Position numbers and translations under genes: made by a program. The notes below the pieces were generated by a model. The model did no database searches, had not been told where the DNA came from, and saw nothing but the letters and a program-made list of their open reading frames with translations. Below are positions 45,736 to 55,531 of a stretch of 64,000 nucleotides of DNA, piece after piece; positions within the stretch are counted from its first letter, which is position 1; each line of letters opens with the position of its first letter. The DNA lies in contig JBAZTY010000003.1 of assembly GCA_041661685.1 (NCBI GenBank), forward strand, positions 69,550-133,549, read 5' to 3'. The DNA is from Patescibacteria group bacterium. Lineage in GTDB: Bacteria > Patescibacteriota > Patescibacteriia > Patescibacteriales > UBA12465.

Positions 45736-45768
45736 TAAAAAATCCGCTCGACTTGAGCGGATTTTTTT
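45736..45768. terminator. Bidirectional terminator between the paralog-2 gene and rnhA
   Basis: Perfect 8-bp stem ATCCGCTC/GAGCGGAT with flanking A-run and T-run. Confidence 0.6.
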
Positions 45769-45777
45769 ATTGCGAAT

Positions 45778-46185
45778 TTATCTAGTTCCTCTATCCATCG
45801 CCTCATTAGCCAATCGATCGGCTTCTTTATTGCGCTCGCGCGGAATATGAGTATAAGTAATATGCTTGAAGCTTAAAGATAAGTTATGGATATTTAAAAA
45901 TAATTTTGCCAAATCCTGATCCTTAACTCGGTATTCCCCTTTCAATTGTTTGACCACTAATTCGCTGTCGAGGTAACATTCCAGCTCTTTCGCCCCTAAC
46001 TCGGCCGCTTTCCGAAAAGCGGCGACGAGCGCCTTATATTCCGCCTGATTATTAGTCGCGACGCCGATATACTCGGAAACCTCGGTAATCAGCTTCTTAT
46101 GCTCATTATAAATAGCCGCGCCGATTCCGGCCGGACCAGGATTGCCGCGCGCGCCGCCATCGGTATAAATTATTACTTTCTCCAT
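45778..46185 (-). CDS. rnhA: Ribonuclease HI
   Basis: 135 aa. IYTDGGARGNPGPAG, NNQAEYKAL and the conserved catalytic Asp/Glu spacing. Confidence 0.85.
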   Translation of the reverse strand: MEKVIIYTDGGARGNPGPAGIGAAIYNEHKKLITEVSEYIGVATNNQAEYKALVAAFRKAAELGAKELECYLDSELVVKQLKGEYRVKDQDLAKLFLNIHNLSLSFKHITYTHIPRERNKEADRLANEAMDRGTR

Positions 46186-46186
46186 A

Positions 46187-48025
46187 TTATTTATGCTCAG
46201 TTAATTTTATATCCACTATTTTCAGCTGCGCCTCTTTGCGTCCATTGAAACCATTAACTTCTAAATAGTAAACCAGATCAACGACATCGCCGACTTTGAA
46301 ATCCTTATATTCTTGGGCTGCTCCGAAAGCTAGGGCCCAAAAAGAATTGGCGCGGCCAGTCTCATGATTGACAGACGAGAAGCGAAACTTGATATGCTGA
46401 TTATCAAAACCCATGGTCGTAATATCATCCAGACGGAGATTATAGGAAACAAAACGCGGCTGCTGATTATTCTGGCCGTAAGGCGCGAAAGCGCTGATCT
46501 TCTCAGCGAGATCAAGACTAACATTATCAAATTTCAATTCCGTTTCGATCTTCAACTTAGGCGTCAGCATTTCAGCGGTCAACTTTTCCGCGGCTAAAAC
46601 CAAGAGCTGTACCTTGAATTCAGCCAGCTTCCCTTCTTCTTTAATCGAAAAACCGCAAGCCATAGGATGGCCGCCGTATTTATCTAATTTATCGGCGCAA
46701 GCTTCTACCGCCGCGATGAGATTGAATTCTTCAACCGAACGGCCGGAACCTTTGAAAGATATCTTCTTCGGCACGAACTTCTTAGTCGCGGCGTCGAATT
46801 CCGCTTCTTCTATCAGACGCGTAATTATCAAAGTCGGACGATAATATTTTTCCGCGATGCGGCCGGCCACTAAGCCGATCACGCCTTCATTCCAAACCTG
46901 ATCTTCCTGAGCAACACCGATAATAACCAGCGGGATATTATCTTTATCTATTTGCGCTTCAACTTGAGAAGTTATCTCTTCGGTAATCTGCTGGCGGCTG
47001 ATATTGCGCTGATTCAATTCTGAGGCCAGGCTGGCCGCTTCCTCGCCGTCAGTCGTCGTCAAAAGCGCAAAGGCACTGTTGGCGTGCGCTAAGCGACTGG
47101 CCGCATTCAAGCGCGGCCCAATCTGCCAGCCGATATTCCAGGACTCTAGCTGACGACCGCCATTAACCTTAGCGACTTTGATTAATTCGTTCACGCCTAA
47201 GCGTTTATTCTCATTCAAAATTTTCAAACCCTCTTTTACTAATAACCGGTTCTCTCCTAAAAGACTGACCATATCCGCGACCGTGCCGATTGCGACTAGA
47301 TCCAAGCATTTCTCGCTGATTAATTGTTTCTGCTTATCAGACAAATTCGCTTTAGTAAGCAAGGCGCTAACGAGCTTAAAAGCGACGCCGACGCCAGCCA
47401 GATAGCGCCAAGGATAGCCAGAATTAGGATCGGAGGGGTTTACCAATAGGCAATCCGGCAGATCAGCCGGATCTTCCGGCAAGATATGATGATCGGTAAT
47501 AATGATATCTAAGCCTTTCTGTTTCGCATAAGCGACCTCGTCTTTATTTCTCGTGCCGTTATCAACGGTGATGACTAGCTTGAATCCTTGTTTCACGATA
47601 GAATTTATCGCCATCTTATTTAAACCATAGCCTTCAGTGACGCGATCAGGCAGATAGACCTCGACCTCGGCATGAAGAATATGTAATGTCTCTAAGAGAA
47701 TCACGGAAGACGTGACGCCATCGGCGTCGTAATCGCCATAGACAACGATGCGATTTCCCGCTTTGATATGAGAAATAATTAAGTCGACGGCCGCATTCAT
47801 GCTCTTAAATAGAAAAGGATCATAAAAAGCCGAAGTTCCCTCGCCGTATGAGCGGGTCTTCTCCGGTTCTAGCGACCCCTTCAGGAACATATCGATAGAA
47901 GAATTTTCTTCTAAGCCTCTATTATAGAGCAATTGCAAAATGACCGGATTGAGTTCCGGGTGAGCGGCTGCGAATTCAGCCGGCATGGCTTTAAGAAGTT
48001 CCCATTTCTTGGTTTTCATGATCAT
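46187..48025 (-). CDS. recJ: Single-stranded-DNA-specific exonuclease RecJ
   Basis: 612 aa. DHH motifs (GDYDADGVTS, ITDHH), DHHA1 domain and C-terminal OB-fold region. Confidence 0.8.
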   Translation of the reverse strand: MIMKTKKWELLKAMPAEFAAAHPELNPVILQLLYNRGLEENSSIDMFLKGSLEPEKTRSYGEGTSAFYDPFLFKSMNAAVDLIISHIKAGNRIVVYGDYDADGVTSSVILLETLHILHAEVEVYLPDRVTEGYGLNKMAINSIVKQGFKLVITVDNGTRNKDEVAYAKQKGLDIIITDHHILPEDPADLPDCLLVNPSDPNSGYPWRYLAGVGVAFKLVSALLTKANLSDKQKQLISEKCLDLVAIGTVADMVSLLGENRLLVKEGLKILNENKRLGVNELIKVAKVNGGRQLESWNIGWQIGPRLNAASRLAHANSAFALLTTTDGEEAASLASELNQRNISRQQITEEITSQVEAQIDKDNIPLVIIGVAQEDQVWNEGVIGLVAGRIAEKYYRPTLIITRLIEEAEFDAATKKFVPKKISFKGSGRSVEEFNLIAAVEACADKLDKYGGHPMACGFSIKEEGKLAEFKVQLLVLAAEKLTAEMLTPKLKIETELKFDNVSLDLAEKISAFAPYGQNNQQPRFVSYNLRLDDITTMGFDNQHIKFRFSSVNHETGRANSFWALAFGAAQEYKDFKVGDVVDLVYYLEVNGFNGRKEAQLKIVDIKLTEHK

Positions 48026-48032
48026 GATCTTA

Positions 48033-48134
48033 ATAAAGACCGGCCATGACTGTCCAAGAAATCATGGATAAGACGACGATGAACGACAGGATTATCCAAA
48101 GAGTCTTGATGACTTTGCGGCGTTTGAATTTCAT
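48033..48134 (-). CDS. Candidate small hydrophobic peptide (34 aa), found by hand; not in the supplied ORF track
   Basis: ATG...TAA ORF in the recJ-lepA intergenic region encoding MKFKRRKVIKTLWIILSFIVVLSMISWTVMAGLY: a positively charged N-terminus plus a single TM helix. Confidence 0.25.
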
Positions 48135-48175
48135 ATTTTATATTATAATATTAAATCTGTCTTTTTGAAAATTTT

Positions 48176-50005
48176 TTATCTCTTTAAGATCTTAACGAAA
48201 GTTTCCGGCGGGATATCAACGCTACCTTTGCCGGCCGCCATCATCTTCTTCTTGCCCTTTTTCTGCTTTTCTAAGAGTTTGCGCTTACGCGTCACATCGC
48301 CGCCGTAAAGCTTAGCCGTAACGTCTTTGCGCATTGCCGATAATTTCTCAGCCGCGATGACTTTACCGTTAATCGCAGCCTGGATCTTGATGGCGAACAT
48401 CTGCTTAGATAAATTATCTTTCAGAATATCCACAATTTCTCGACCCTGACGATTGGCATCTTCGCGATAGACAATAGTCGAAAGCGCTTCAATCTGCTCT
48501 TCGGCGACAAGAATATCCATCTTGACGACATCAGCGGCGCGATAATCCAAGTATTCATAATTAATAGAAGCATAGCCGGCGGAAACGCTCTTGATCTTAT
48601 CATAGAAATCCGTCAAGATCGCGGCCAGCGGAATATCATAATGGAGCAAGACGCGGCTATCGTCGCCATCGGAGGAAATATACTCGGTATTCTTATAGAT
48701 ACCCTTCTTGTCCTGGGCTAATTTTATGACATTGCCGAGATACGTCTTTGGAGTGATGATGTCGAGCTTGACCCAGGGCTCTTCGATATGTTCAATCTGT
48801 GTCGGATCGGGCAGACGCTGCGGCGAACGGATGATTATCTCTTCGCCGCTGGATCTAAAAACCTTATAAGCAACGCTCGGCATGGTCACGATCAGATCCA
48901 AATCATATTCGCGACGCAGCCTTTCCTGAAAGACTTCGAGATGCAAGAGTCCTAAGAAGCCGCAGCGGAAACCGAAGCCTAAAGCGTCAGAACGCTCGGG
49001 CTCATATGATAAGGCGGCATCATTCAATTTCAATTTATCCATGGCTTCCCGCAATTCCTTGAAATCATTGCCTTCGCGCGGAAAGATACTGGCAAAGACC
49101 ATCGGCCTGACTTCTTTATAGCCGGCCAAAGGCTCAACGATCGCGCCCGCTTCGACATTCTTGACGAAAGTGACCGTATCGCCGACGCGGCAGTCGCCCA
49201 CCTGCTTGAAGCCGGTGACGACGTAGCCGATCTCTCCGGCTTTCAAATGACCGGTAGAAATATAATCCGGCTTGAAAATGCCACAATCAAGAACTTCGCT
49301 TTCGGCCTTAGTAGCTATTAGTCTAATTTTATCGCCTTTCTTCAAAGCACCATTAAAAACGCGGATATAGGCGACGACGCCACGATAAACATCATATTTA
49401 GAATCGAAAATCAGAGCGCGCAGGACATCCATTTCTGCATTTTCCATCTTAGGTTCGGTTGGTGCCAGCCCTACGGCCACCACTCGGTTTAAAATTTCTA
49501 TTACTCCAGCACCAGTCTTGCCAGACGCACAAATAATTTCGTCTTCGCGGCAGCCAAGTAGATCAATGATCTCCCTCTTAGTTTTCTCGACATCTGCCGC
49601 CGGCAAATCTATCTTATTTACTACCGGGATAATCGTTAGATTCTGATCAAGCGCCAGATATAGATTAGCCAGCGTCTGGGCTTGAATGCCTTGAGTACAA
49701 TCAACTAGAAGAACGGCTGTCTCGACCGCCGCCAAAGAACGAGAAACTTCATAAGAAAAATCGACATGCCCCGGAGTATCGATCAAATTTAATTGATAGC
49801 CCTCATAATTCATGGTTACCGGCTGCAGCTTGATGGTTATTCCTCTCTCGCGCTCGATATCCATGCCATCTAGGATCTGATCCTTCATCTTGCGTTTCTC
49901 GACCGTGCCGGTCAATTCCAACATGCGGTCGGCCAAAGTCGACTTGCCGTGATCAATGTGAGCCAAGATAGCAAAATTTCTAATTTTTTTTATTTCTTCT
50001 GACAT
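48176..50005 (-). CDS. lepA: Elongation factor 4 (LepA)
   Basis: 609 aa. GTPase motifs AHIDHGKST and DTPGHVDF, and the LepA-specific C-terminal domain. Confidence 0.9.
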   Translation of the reverse strand: MSEEIKKIRNFAILAHIDHGKSTLADRMLELTGTVEKRKMKDQILDGMDIERERGITIKLQPVTMNYEGYQLNLIDTPGHVDFSYEVSRSLAAVETAVLLVDCTQGIQAQTLANLYLALDQNLTIIPVVNKIDLPAADVEKTKREIIDLLGCREDEIICASGKTGAGVIEILNRVVAVGLAPTEPKMENAEMDVLRALIFDSKYDVYRGVVAYIRVFNGALKKGDKIRLIATKAESEVLDCGIFKPDYISTGHLKAGEIGYVVTGFKQVGDCRVGDTVTFVKNVEAGAIVEPLAGYKEVRPMVFASIFPREGNDFKELREAMDKLKLNDAALSYEPERSDALGFGFRCGFLGLLHLEVFQERLRREYDLDLIVTMPSVAYKVFRSSGEEIIIRSPQRLPDPTQIEHIEEPWVKLDIITPKTYLGNVIKLAQDKKGIYKNTEYISSDGDDSRVLLHYDIPLAAILTDFYDKIKSVSAGYASINYEYLDYRAADVVKMDILVAEEQIEALSTIVYREDANRQGREIVDILKDNLSKQMFAIKIQAAINGKVIAAEKLSAMRKDVTAKLYGGDVTRKRKLLEKQKKGKKKMMAAGKGSVDIPPETFVKILKR

Positions 50006-50040
50006 ATGTGAATTTTCTCTTTAATACAACAAATCTGGCT

Positions 50041-51684
50041 TTAATTATTGCTCGATAGCTGATCATCTATCTTGACCTTATTGAAGGGCAGATGATGCTT
50101 CATGGAGGCGATAAATCCAAAAAGTTCTTCGCTCTTAAACAGATAACAGAATAATAGATAAACCAAGAGCCCGACCCCTCCGGCGGCAATCAACTGAATG
50201 AAGACCCCGCTGAATTTGGTCATATCTATGAAAGGCCAGACAACTACTTTCATAATCTGGGCCGCGCCTCCAGCGGCGATTGCGCTAGTCGTAAACTTTA
50301 ACACGGCTATGAGAATATTGCCAATATCCAGAACTCCGACCTTAAGATATAGCCAGATCCATAATAACAGGAAATTCAAGATATTAGCTACAGAAAAGGC
50401 CAGCGCTAGGCCGGCTACCCCCATTTTTGGAGCTAACATTAGAGATAAAATTACATTGACAGCCGCGGAAACCAAACTAAGATAAAAAGGCAGAGCGGAG
50501 TTATGGCGCGCGTAAAAGACTCTGATAAGTAAAGGGATAGTTGCTTGCGCGAACAAGCTAATTGCAAAGAAGCCTAAGGTGTTCATGGTCAAAATCGTGT
50601 CTTGCCAATCAAAATTTCCAGTTCCGAGCACAACGCGAATTATCTGCGCCCGAAGCGCAATAATCAAGAAGGTCGCCGGAATGACGAAGAATAATATCTG
50701 CCGCATGGTCGAAGAAAAGCTAGCCGCCAGCTTTTCTTTATTGAAGGCGGCTTCGGCTAAGCTCGGAAAAGCGGCGATAGCAAAAGAGACGCCGAATATT
50801 CCAATCGGGAAAGACTGGAGATTATTAGCTAGATTAAAGACAGCCAAAGATCCGGCGGATAAGTTAGAGGCGAGAATAGTGATGACGACCAGATTTATCT
50901 GAGAGATTGCTAAGCTCAAAGTCCGCGGCACCATCATCTTCCCCATTTTCCAAGTATTAATGTCACGCCAATTTATCTTTAACTTAAAACGGAAACCGAG
51001 ATGATAGACAGTCGGAATCTGGATAGCCATATGGAGAAAAGCGCCTAAGATAACGCCCCAAGCTAACCCATACATACCCCAGAGCGGCACGAGATAGACA
51101 GCGCCGATGATTATGCCGACGTTATAGAAGACTGGCGCTAATGAATAGATTAAGAATCTCTTAAATGACTGTAAGATGCTGCCGATGATTCCAGAAATAC
51201 CTAAGAATAACGGCGATAAGAACATGACGCGCGTCAGCGCGGCAGTCAGTGCCTGTTCATCCCGCCCGAATCCCGGAGCGATCAAACGAGTCAGAGCCGG
51301 AGCAAAGATTATGCCGATAACAGACAGGACTACTAAGCCCAATAATAATATATTCAAGACATTGTTCGCCAAATCCCAAGCCTCCTGATTCTTCAAGCGC
51401 GGGTCGCATTCTTCCGTCTTAACGCATTTGAAATCTTTAACGAGCGAAGCGAAGATCGGGATGAAGCCGGCTGATAAAGCGCCGAGAACAATAAGATTAT
51501 AAATCAAATCAGGGACACGGAAGGCAGCATAATATATATCTAAAGTCGTGCCGGCGCCGAAATGTCCGGCCAGGATACGATCACGGATAACGCCTAAAAG
51601 GCGCGACGCCAAAGAAGACAGGGCGACGAGTGCGGCCGCGACGGTGATGCTATTGATCTGTTTCTTGAAAATATCCTTAAACAT
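50041..51684 (-). CDS. murJ: Lipid II flippase MurJ/MviN
   Basis: 547 aa with about 14 TM helices. N-terminal LGVIRDRILAGHFGAG...DIYYAAFRVPD is a MurJ signature. Confidence 0.8.
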   Translation of the reverse strand: MFKDIFKKQINSITVAAALVALSSLASRLLGVIRDRILAGHFGAGTTLDIYYAAFRVPDLIYNLIVLGALSAGFIPIFASLVKDFKCVKTEECDPRLKNQEAWDLANNVLNILLLGLVVLSVIGIIFAPALTRLIAPGFGRDEQALTAALTRVMFLSPLFLGISGIIGSILQSFKRFLIYSLAPVFYNVGIIIGAVYLVPLWGMYGLAWGVILGAFLHMAIQIPTVYHLGFRFKLKINWRDINTWKMGKMMVPRTLSLAISQINLVVITILASNLSAGSLAVFNLANNLQSFPIGIFGVSFAIAAFPSLAEAAFNKEKLAASFSSTMRQILFFVIPATFLIIALRAQIIRVVLGTGNFDWQDTILTMNTLGFFAISLFAQATIPLLIRVFYARHNSALPFYLSLVSAAVNVILSLMLAPKMGVAGLALAFSVANILNFLLLWIWLYLKVGVLDIGNILIAVLKFTTSAIAAGGAAQIMKVVVWPFIDMTKFSGVFIQLIAAGGVGLLVYLLFCYLFKSEELFGFIASMKHHLPFNKVKIDDQLSSNN

Positions 51685-51715
51685 ATAAAACTATTCTTAT
51701 CGAGCTATTCTTAAA

Positions 51716-53707
51716 TTAAGCGCTTAAGATTATGCGGACATCTCCGGCGGACACGCCTTTCTCAAAAACGAAAAGCGGATTAATATCGAATTCGGAAATT
51801 TCCGGATGCTCGTTAGCGAGTTTAGCCAGTTTGACGATAGTCTGAGCTAAGGCGTTGATATCATATTTCTTCTGGCCGCGCGCGCCATTTAAAATTGGGT
51901 ATATCTTCAGGCTGGCGATAAGCTTAATCGCCCCGGCCAGATCGATATCGCTGATAGCTAATTTAAAGTCTTTCATCACTTCCGTATAGATTCCGCCCCA
52001 GCCGACCATGAGCAGCGGGCCGAAAACAGCATCGCGCTTGAAACCTAAAATTATTTCCTGGAATCTATTCGCCTGTTCTTGGACGACTAGATAATTCTCC
52101 GGGTTCTTGAACGCCCAGGCGTTCTTCTTAGCTAATGATTCAGCCATCGCTTGTAATTGCGCTTCATCTTTCAGATTAACGACGACGCCGCCGGAATCAG
52201 TCTTATGTAAGAAATCCGGGCCAACTGTCTTCAAGACTGCCGGATATCTATAACTCTGCAATTTCGCTTCTTCATAGCGCAAGCTTTTTACGGCCGGAAT
52301 ATTATAACTCTTCAATAAGGAGAAAGCCTGAAGATAGTCGCCATTCTTAACCGTCCTCTTTGCTGTAATGCCCGTATTCTTAAAAGGCTTGAGGTTTTTG
52401 ACTAAAGAGCGATAAGCAATGAGATGTCTAAAACTGCGCACCGCTTCTTCGGGATAATCAAAAGACGGAATCTGATTCTCTGATAATAATTTCCGAGGAG
52501 CCGCGACGGCTTCTCCTCCGACGAAGCTCGTCATGATTAATTTATTCGGATATTTTTTCTTAACCGCAATGATAGCTTGCGCAGTTTTCATTGGCTCGGT
52601 TGAAGTCTGCGGCGTTAAGAGGACTAAAAGATTATTTATTTTCTTATCAGCTAAGGTCTTATTCAATGCCGTTTCATAACGAGCGGCATCGGCATCGCCT
52701 AATAAATCTTGGCTTGTCCCCAGGGGCACTCCTTGGCGGCTAATTTCATCAGCGGTCAAAACGGCTACGCCGCCGGCATTAGTGATGACATGAAGTTCCG
52801 GAGATCCGGTATTAAACCAGGATTTCTTATCAAAAATCATTAAGAGATTAAACATGTCTTCGAGATTATCCAGCCAGATTGCTCCAGCTCTTTCTACGCC
52901 CGCTTTGACGGCCGCAGCCGAACCGGCCAATGACCCCGTATGCGACATCGCCAATTTTCCTCCAGCCGCGCTGGTGCCCGCTTTCAGGATAGCCACCGGC
53001 TTGCGTTTGGCTAAGCGCGAAATTATTTCCATGAAGCGGCCGCCGTCCTTCATTTCTTCGAGATAAGCGATAATCAAATCGATTTTTTTATCGGCTGCTA
53101 AATATTCGATGATCTCATTTTCATCCAAAACTGCTTTATTGCCGAGAGAAATGAAATAACCGAAATTAAAATCCTTAATCTTTAGCCAATCAAGCGCACC
53201 CGCGCCGATAGCGCCGGACTGCGACAATAAAGCGCAATTGCCGGATTCAGTATCAGCAGCGGCAAAAGTCGCATTTAATTTATGCCAAGTATTGATAAGA
53301 CCTAAACAATTCGGACCGAGGATGTTCAGATGATGACGAGAAGCGATTTCCTTGATATCCGCTTCTAGCTTCTTCCCTTCTTCGCCCGCCTCCTTAAAAC
53401 CGGCCGTGATGATGATGATATTCTTGATGCCTAAAGAGGCGCAATTCTTTACTTCCGCTACGACAAAAGGCGCCGGAATAGAAATAACGACTAAAAGCCC
53501 GGCCATTTCCGCGTGCGGCAAAGCCGCTAGATTCGGATAAGCTTTCAGCTTAGCGATCTTCTTCTCTTTCAGATTAATCGGATAAACGCGGCCCTTGAAG
53601 CCGCCCTTGATGATATTATCGAGAATCTGACGGCCCAGCTTTTCCGGACTATTCGAAGCGCCGACGACCGCGACTGAACGCGGATTGAAAAAATTATTCA
53701 GAGACAT
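51716..53707 (-). CDS. Acetyl-CoA synthetase (ADP-forming), fused alpha/beta subunits
   Basis: 663 aa. N-terminal CoA-binding domain (NPRSVAVVGASNSPEKLG), succinyl-CoA-synthetase-like central domain and ATP-grasp C-terminal domain. Confidence 0.75.
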   Translation of the reverse strand: MSLNNFFNPRSVAVVGASNSPEKLGRQILDNIIKGGFKGRVYPINLKEKKIAKLKAYPNLAALPHAEMAGLLVVISIPAPFVVAEVKNCASLGIKNIIIITAGFKEAGEEGKKLEADIKEIASRHHLNILGPNCLGLINTWHKLNATFAAADTESGNCALLSQSGAIGAGALDWLKIKDFNFGYFISLGNKAVLDENEIIEYLAADKKIDLIIAYLEEMKDGGRFMEIISRLAKRKPVAILKAGTSAAGGKLAMSHTGSLAGSAAAVKAGVERAGAIWLDNLEDMFNLLMIFDKKSWFNTGSPELHVITNAGGVAVLTADEISRQGVPLGTSQDLLGDADAARYETALNKTLADKKINNLLVLLTPQTSTEPMKTAQAIIAVKKKYPNKLIMTSFVGGEAVAAPRKLLSENQIPSFDYPEEAVRSFRHLIAYRSLVKNLKPFKNTGITAKRTVKNGDYLQAFSLLKSYNIPAVKSLRYEEAKLQSYRYPAVLKTVGPDFLHKTDSGGVVVNLKDEAQLQAMAESLAKKNAWAFKNPENYLVVQEQANRFQEIILGFKRDAVFGPLLMVGWGGIYTEVMKDFKLAISDIDLAGAIKLIASLKIYPILNGARGQKKYDINALAQTIVKLAKLANEHPEISEFDINPLFVFEKGVSAGDVRIILSA

Positions 53708-53742
53708 AGGTACGATTTATATATATTATTTATTAATTAATT

Positions 53743-53937
53743 TTATTTCTTCCAGAACAGCATGACTAAACCAGAAATAAGCCAAATAATCAAAAGGTAA
53801 TTAAGATTGAAATAGGCCAGGATAATATTCGGCCAAATTATTTCCATAACGATAAAAACGGCCGCTAGAATAGTGAAAAAATAGAATAATTCTCTAATTA
53901 TCAAATTCTTATTATTTATGGGGTCTTTCTTATCCAT
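53743..53937 (-). CDS. Hypothetical small membrane protein (2 TM)
   Basis: 64-aa ORF with two hydrophobic helices. Confidence 0.3.
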   Translation of the reverse strand: MDKKDPINNKNLIIRELFYFFTILAAVFIVMEIIWPNIILAYFNLNYLLIIWLISGLVMLFWKK

Positions 53938-53938
53938 A

Positions 53939-55429
53939 TTATTTCCTTAAAATCTCCTTTATCTTTTCAAAAATAGTCTTCCCCGTCAGCTTTATCTGAA
54001 TTTCCTGGATATCTAGATAATTTTCCGCTCCGGCTAGTCCATCCAATCCCGGAATAGAAATCAGGAAAGTGTATTTATTTTTCTCATTAACGGCTCCTCT
54101 CAGATTCAAAGCCGCTCGCGCTGTTTTTACGCCGTCATTTTCTAAAGGACGCTCATAAACGGCGATGATATATTTAATATTATCGGAAGCCGAAAAATAA
54201 CGATCAACTTTCTTCGCTCCCGGATCAATCAGACTAGCAGAGGAGAAAGCGAAGACACCACTATTTTCCAAGACTAGATCATCTTTATCCAAAACGATCT
54301 TATTGGCGCCGCTACTAGCCTGAAAATAAAATTGCTTATAAGTCTTATCCAGGCTAAAATTTTTGCCGGCGAAGATTACTTCTCCTAAGCTGACCGGATT
54401 CACGGTTGAGACACCGAGATAAGAAGCATCGGTAAATAAAGTCAGGCTACCCTTCCCGGATACTGGCCAGAGCTTATTGATGAAAGAGATCTTATCAGAT
54501 GAACTCTCTAATTTTGATATCACGATATCATCGCTGACTTTTATTTCAACCCGATATAGCCCAGAGGCTTCTTGTCCGCTCAAAGTAATCGCCTTTTCTT
54601 CACTCTGACCGTTATCAGGCGTCGGGTTATTGTCGGCTAAAGTTTTAGCGGCGATGATTTTATCTCCGGAATAGACATTGACCGTAATCGGGTCCTGTTC
54701 CTTATCCAGATTCAAATCGACAAAGTTGAAAGCTAGGCGCCAAGAAGATGACTTAAAATAAACATAAAATTGATGCGCGCCTCTTAGGGGTTGGCTAATG
54801 ACTGTCGGGGTGAGTGAAACATAATCCGGCAGACGGAATTCTGAATTAAGCTGATAATTATAAGTCGCGACGCAAGACGTCGGGCCGCCCAGGCAACCTT
54901 TCAGATTGCCAGCTTTCAGGTCCTGATTGAATTCCGAAACATCGTTATAATACTTTTCCGTTTGCAGGACCAAACGATCCGAACTATCTTCCAAGCGCGG
55001 CCATGAAAAGCGATAGCGGTCGACGATATTATTCTGAAGGGGCTGAAGTTCATATTGCCCGGTCAACTTATCTTTCAAGACACCAATTTCAATGATCGGA
55101 GTCGTCGTCGCCAGCCTATCGCGATATTTGACGGTTATTTCCGCTCTATCAAAAGCTCGCGGAGCATAAAGAGAAAAATAAACCGGATCAGCGGCTAATC
55201 TCAGAGATGAAGAACTGGCGTCTATCCGTTCAGCTGGCTTAAAATCATAGATAAAGCCTTTGCCCGAGGCTAGCCCGCGCGGCCAAGTCCGGCTATAGGT
55301 AATATGGCCAAAAAGCACGATTTTCAGACACAAAAAAAGAAGCACTAAAATCAGGGAAATTAACCCTAAAATAAGGCGTATTTTAAACAAAAATGACCTT
55401 TTTTCCCAAAAGGATCTTAATTTCTTCAT
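53939..55429 (-). CDS. Hypothetical membrane-anchored extracytoplasmic protein
   Basis: 496 aa. N-terminal TM (ILGLISLILVLLFLCLKIVLF), then a large beta-rich-looking domain with no recognisable motif. Confidence 0.4.
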   Translation of the reverse strand: MKKLRSFWEKRSFLFKIRLILGLISLILVLLFLCLKIVLFGHITYSRTWPRGLASGKGFIYDFKPAERIDASSSSLRLAADPVYFSLYAPRAFDRAEITVKYRDRLATTTPIIEIGVLKDKLTGQYELQPLQNNIVDRYRFSWPRLEDSSDRLVLQTEKYYNDVSEFNQDLKAGNLKGCLGGPTSCVATYNYQLNSEFRLPDYVSLTPTVISQPLRGAHQFYVYFKSSSWRLAFNFVDLNLDKEQDPITVNVYSGDKIIAAKTLADNNPTPDNGQSEEKAITLSGQEASGLYRVEIKVSDDIVISKLESSSDKISFINKLWPVSGKGSLTLFTDASYLGVSTVNPVSLGEVIFAGKNFSLDKTYKQFYFQASSGANKIVLDKDDLVLENSGVFAFSSASLIDPGAKKVDRYFSASDNIKYIIAVYERPLENDGVKTARAALNLRGAVNEKNKYTFLISIPGLDGLAGAENYLDIQEIQIKLTGKTIFEKIKEILRK

Positions 55430-55482
55430 ATATCTATTTTACTTTATTTTTAGTAATAAAAAAAGCCCTCACAATCAAAAAA

Positions 55483-55512
55483 AGAAGCCCCTTCTCGGGG
55501 GCCTCTTTTTAT
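55483..55512. terminator. Rho-independent terminator 3' of rpoC (GC-rich hairpin GCCCC/GGGGC followed by a T-run on the minus strand)
   Basis: AGAAGCCCC-ttctc-GGGGGCCTCT, with an upstream A-run that gives a T-run on the minus strand. Confidence 0.55.
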
Positions 55513-55531
55513 ACAAAACTCTTAATTTCTC

